Of a stretch of 64,000 bases of DNA, positions 60,544-64,000 are shown piece by piece (the stretch's first letter is position 1; each line of letters begins with the position of its first letter). The translations under genes and the position numbers were made by a program. Location of the stretch: contig JBMSKF010000002.1 in NCBI GenBank assembly GCA_049419605.1, forward strand, positions 26,026-90,025. The letters are read 5' to 3'. Source of the stretch: Bacilli bacterium (GTDB taxonomy: Bacteria; Bacillota_I; Bacilli_A; RFN20; CAG-826). The notes beneath the pieces were generated by a model. The model was not told the DNA's origin and searched no databases. It saw only the letters and a program-made list of their open reading frames with translations.

Positions 60544-61718
60544 AAAAGAGTCTAATATTTTTATTAGATGTCTTGATGTGTTCGTTGAGTAGTTTTGGTG
60601 GCCCTGAAGCTCATTATGGTGTGTTTTCTCAAATCCTTGTACAAAAGAAAAAATATTTATCTGAAGAAACTTTAGCTGAATTTATTGGTGTTTTTGCATT
60701 TGTACCAGGACCTAGTAGCACTCAAACTATCACTGCAATTGGTTATTTAGTGGGTGGCCCTTTGCTTGCATTCTTTACTTTTATTGTTTGGGCATTACCC
60801 GCTTTAATTATCATGACTTTGGTTGGATTATTTTTTAATTTATTTAATCAATCCATTATTCTCATTGAATTATTAGAAGTACTACCCTCAATCGCGATAG
60901 GCTTCATCGTTTATGCAGGCTGGTCTCTTAGTAAAAGAATCATGAAAAAAAACTATTATTGGTTGTTTTATGGATTCAGTTTTCTTGCAGGTTTTTTACT
61001 CATTCCTATTTCTTTTTTTGCCGTCCCCATCATTTTATTTGCTTCTGGTTTTTTCCTTCTAGTATTTGAGAAACCTGTTTCTGAAGGTAAGAAACCTAAC
61101 ATCAAACCCAGATGGAATATTTTAATATTCATCGTTTTAATTGCGGTGGGTCTTGAATTGGTCAACGTTTGGATTTCAGAGCCTCTTTTCAATCTAATAA
61201 ATTCTTTTTTTAGGTATGGATACTCTGTGATTGGAGGTGGACAAATTGTGATTCCTTTAATGATTCAAGATTTAGTTACTTCACAATCACTAATTACATT
61301 AGAAACTTTTTTATCAGGGTATGCCATCGATCAAGCAATTCCGGGACCCTTATTTAGTTTTGCAGCGTTTGTAGGAACGCAATCTTTACATAGTTCATTC
61401 TTACCATGGTTAGGAGGGTTTATCTCTGGTCTAACCATCTTTATTCCGGGCATCCTTCTTGTATATTTTGTGGTACCTATTTGGAAATCCCTTCGAGAAT
61501 TCAATTGGTTAAAAACCGTCCTTAAAGGGATTACCATTGCCGCAGCAAGTTTAATTGTTTTAACAGCAGTGACACAAATCACCACGTTATCCTTTACATG
61601 GTTTTCAATTGGTTTGGTAGGTTTGACATTTGCGTTATTACAAATTAAAAAAATACCGACACCTCTGCTTGTTGGATGCTTGATGTTATTAGGTGTCTTC
61701 GTTCAGTCCATTATCTGA
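60540..61718 (+). CDS. chrA: Chromate transporter (CHR family, two-domain)
   Basis: 'SFGGPEAHYGVF' and the second-half 'IGGGQIVIPLM', with 10-12 TM helices. Confidence 0.85.
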   Translation: MKKSLIFLLDVLMCSLSSFGGPEAHYGVFSQILVQKKKYLSEETLAEFIGVFAFVPGPSSTQTITAIGYLVGGPLLAFFTFIVWALPALIIMTLVGLFFNLFNQSIILIELLEVLPSIAIGFIVYAGWSLSKRIMKKNYYWLFYGFSFLAGFLLIPISFFAVPIILFASGFFLLVFEKPVSEGKKPNIKPRWNILIFIVLIAVGLELVNVWISEPLFNLINSFFRYGYSVIGGGQIVIPLMIQDLVTSQSLITLETFLSGYAIDQAIPGPLFSFAAFVGTQSLHSSFLPWLGGFISGLTIFIPGILLVYFVVPIWKSLREFNWLKTVLKGITIAAASLIVLTAVTQITTLSFTWFSIGLVGLTFALLQIKKIPTPLLVGCLMLLGVFVQSII

Positions 61719-62485
61719 ATGGTTAAACCTGCAATATCATTTTTAATTTGACGGGATAATTGGTTAACTTGGAACGCAATGAGCCCAGTGGTATGGGGAT
61801 TCTTTTTTGGGATTTGTTGACCCTTCCATGTATTTAAGCCAAGGTGATGATGATAACCACCCGTTGATAAAAAGGCAGCACTATCGCCATAATATTGCAT
61901 CAATTCATATCCTAAATGTTCTTGATAATATTGGACAGCCTCATTTAAATTGCCAACATGTAAGTGAAGGTGACCAACTATCGTATCAACAGAAAAACCA
62001 CTCCATGGTTTTGCTAATGATAAAACTTCTTGATAACGCATCATGTCTGTCACCATTGCTAACTTTTTATTTTCATAAGGCCAAAGCATGGAAGGTCGAT
62101 CAGCATAAATCTCAATTCCGTTTCCTTCAGGGTCTGCTAAATAAATAGCCTCAGAAACACCATGATCGGATAAACCTTGTAATGGGATTTTTAATGCAAT
62201 TAAATGTTTTAACACACTCCCTAATTCTGCTCGGGTTGGGACTAAGTAAGCAACGTGGTATAACCCTTGAGTTGTTTTTGTTTCAATTGCATAAGTTTGA
62301 TCGTGCTTAAGAATCAATAAAGGCGTTGTAATGCCAAGAGTGGTTTCATTAGTTGTTTGCGATAAAACCCGCATACCCAACACAGTATAAAAATCCACCA
62401 TCTTTTTGGGATCGTGGACATTCAAAGTGATATTCGAAATATAAGCTAGTGGGGATTGATGATATTTACTCATGAAGGATTTCAT
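61703..62485 (-). CDS. VOC-family (glyoxalase / ring-cleaving dioxygenase-like) two-domain protein
   Basis: Two tandem VOC modules ('ISNITLNVHDP', 'GLYHVAY' and 'IVGHLHLHVGN', 'HHHLGLN'). Confidence 0.8.
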   Translation of the reverse strand: MKSFMSKYHQSPLAYISNITLNVHDPKKMVDFYTVLGMRVLSQTTNETTLGITTPLLILKHDQTYAIETKTTQGLYHVAYLVPTRAELGSVLKHLIALKIPLQGLSDHGVSEAIYLADPEGNGIEIYADRPSMLWPYENKKLAMVTDMMRYQEVLSLAKPWSGFSVDTIVGHLHLHVGNLNEAVQYYQEHLGYELMQYYGDSAAFLSTGGYHHHLGLNTWKGQQIPKKNPHTTGLIAFQVNQLSRQIKNDIAGLTIQIMD

Positions 62486-64000
62486 TCCGCAATTTTAAAT
62501 ACAATGAAGTTTTTTCATATGACATTTGTGCTTCTCGATAATCATAACCAAATGCACCTTTTGAAACGATGATGTTTGGGGGCATTTGCACGCGCTTAAA
62601 ATAAGCGCGATTCCAAAGGTTCAATACCCATTCGATATCATCAATAAAAATCTTTGGTTGGTCCAATCCGTAATGCGTGATGAGTTGTTTGATTGCCTGT
62701 GGAAAAGTCTTGAGTTGATACATTTTCAAGATACGTTCTGGTGCAAGGGATGGAAAGCTGAGTAATTCGTGAATTAACCAATCGTGATATCCCCACTTCA
62801 TCGGATCCACTTGATTGGTCTTAAGTTCCGCGCTGGGTTTAAATTGATACTGAGGCACATCGTTGATAATGTTTGCAATTAGATTAGAAGGAATAATGGG
62901 ATGTTGATGGTGCTCATTAAGCCATAATGCTAAGGTGTTGATTTGCATTTTGGTTAGATCACCTAACGGAGCAAGTGCACCAATGGTGTCACCATAAAGT
63001 GTGGTATAACCTAAAGCAATTTCAATTTTATTGCCGTTGTTTAATACAACACCTTTCTTTTCAGCAGCAAGATTCATTAAAATACTACCTCTTACCCTGG
63101 CTTGAATATTTTCTTTAGTCAGTAAATCTGCATGAGGTTGAAGTTCGCTGAATGCATCCACTACTTTTTGAATTGGAATTTCTTCAAAATGGATTCCTAA
63201 ATTTTTTGCGACTTCTCTAGCGTTTTGTTTAGATTGTTCAGAGTTATAAGGGGTTGGTAATGAGTAAGCATAGACGCGATCTTTACCAATCACTTCGGTT
63301 AATAATGCAGTGGAAACTGCACTATCAATACCTCCAGATAAACCCACAATCCAAGGCACTTTCTTTTGAAAGAGTTGCTCATCAAAATACTCTATGCCTT
63401 TTTTTAACATCGTATAAAGTTTTTTAGGATTGTCTTTGATAGCATGTTTATCGTGTAGATTTGCGATCAATAATTCTGGTTCTGCAGCATCGTTTGCAAG
63501 TAAAGTGAGTTCACCTTGTTCGTTGTAAACCATAGATCCACCTTCAAACAAGACGACATTCTTACCGTTATTATCAGCACCAACTTTATTGACAAAAATA
63601 AAAGGAACTTTAGCGTGTTTCTTAATTTGTTGCTGTCTAGATTTTTCTTTATCTAATGTCCAAGGGGAAGCAGAAATATTAATTAATAAATCAACGCCTT
63701 GCTTTAAATATTCTGTGGATGGTGAAAAACCATAAGCTGCATCCCACATATCCTCACAAACTTCTAAACCAAAGCGAATCGTTTCTCCTTGGTATTGGAC
63801 GACGAGTGGATCTAAAAAAGATTTTACTTTTAGATTTAATTTTTCTTCAAACTCACGACCAGGTAAGAAATAGCGTTGATCATCAAACATCCGATAGTTT
63901 GGAAATAGTCGTTTAGGGTAGACACCTGGAAAAACACCGTTACTTCGTTTTAAATACTCACCGTTATAGGCCACCAATGCGGCGTTTAATTTGGCTAACC
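62466..64000 (-). CDS. nadE: Glutamine-dependent NAD+ synthetase; the N-terminus lies outside the window
   Basis: A CN-hydrolase part followed by the PP-loop 'GLSGGIDSAV'. The reading frame stays open to the window edge upstream of the TTG at 63977. Confidence 0.9.
   Translation of the reverse strand, partial: LAKLNAALVAYNGEYLKRSNGVFPGVYPKRLFPNYRMFDDQRYFLPGREFEEKLNLKVKSFLDPLVVQYQGETIRFGLEVCEDMWDAAYGFSPSTEYLKQGVDLLINISASPWTLDKEKSRQQQIKKHAKVPFIFVNKVGADNNGKNVVLFEGGSMVYNEQGELTLLANDAAEPELLIANLHDKHAIKDNPKKLYTMLKKGIEYFDEQLFQKKVPWIVGLSGGIDSAVSTALLTEVIGKDRVYAYSLPTPYNSEQSKQNAREVAKNLGIHFEEIPIQKVVDAFSELQPHADLLTKENIQARVRGSILMNLAAEKKGVVLNNGNKIEIALGYTTLYGDTIGALAPLGDLTKMQINTLALWLNEHHQHPIIPSNLIANIINDVPQYQFKPSAELKTNQVDPMKWGYHDWLIHELLSFPSLAPERILKMYQLKTFPQAIKQLITHYGLDQPKIFIDDIEWVLNLWNRAYFKRVQMPPNIIVSKGAFGYDYREAQMSYEKTSLYLKLRNEILHE

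Overview
This window covers the replication-origin region of a compact, AT-rich, low-GC monoderm genome. Gene content and lipoprotein load look Acholeplasma/Mollicutes-like or Erysipelotrichia-like, but TGA is used as a stop codon, so the standard code 11 applies. This placement is inference only. Left of about 3.2-3.4 kb the genes run on the minus strand (mnmE-jag-yidC-rnpA-rpmH). Right of it they run on the plus strand (dnaA-dnaN-yaaA-recF-gyrB-gyrA-serS-tadA). DnaA-box clusters lie on both sides of dnaA. The rest is about 55 tightly packed housekeeping and accessory genes. These include tldD/pmbA, mscL, rpmE, metG, an rlmCD-type and an rsmF-like RNA methyltransferase, glgC-glgD-glgA, a class-I-type HMG-CoA reductase plus HMG-CoA synthase, a heterodimeric ABC exporter, an M32 carboxypeptidase, chrA, nadE and many membrane proteins and lipoproteins. 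I saw no rRNA, tRNA, CRISPR, transposase or prophage genes. Five things stand out. (i) A clear heliorhodopsin gene (31435-32202) ends a same-strand string with a DUF4287 protein and two paralogous membrane-tethered XRE-type regulators, which may be an undescribed photosensory module. (ii) A translationally coupled pair of unknown membrane proteins (23612-27021) includes one with Rossmann/RCK-like and RyR-like segments. (iii) A recurrent '-10 box, 6-9 nt, ATG' arrangement without a Shine-Dalgarno suggests many leaderless mRNAs. (iv) An orphan promoter, structured RNA and terminator unit sits at about 19.9-20.04 kb. (v) A four-gene overlapping glyco-module spans 53204-56781.
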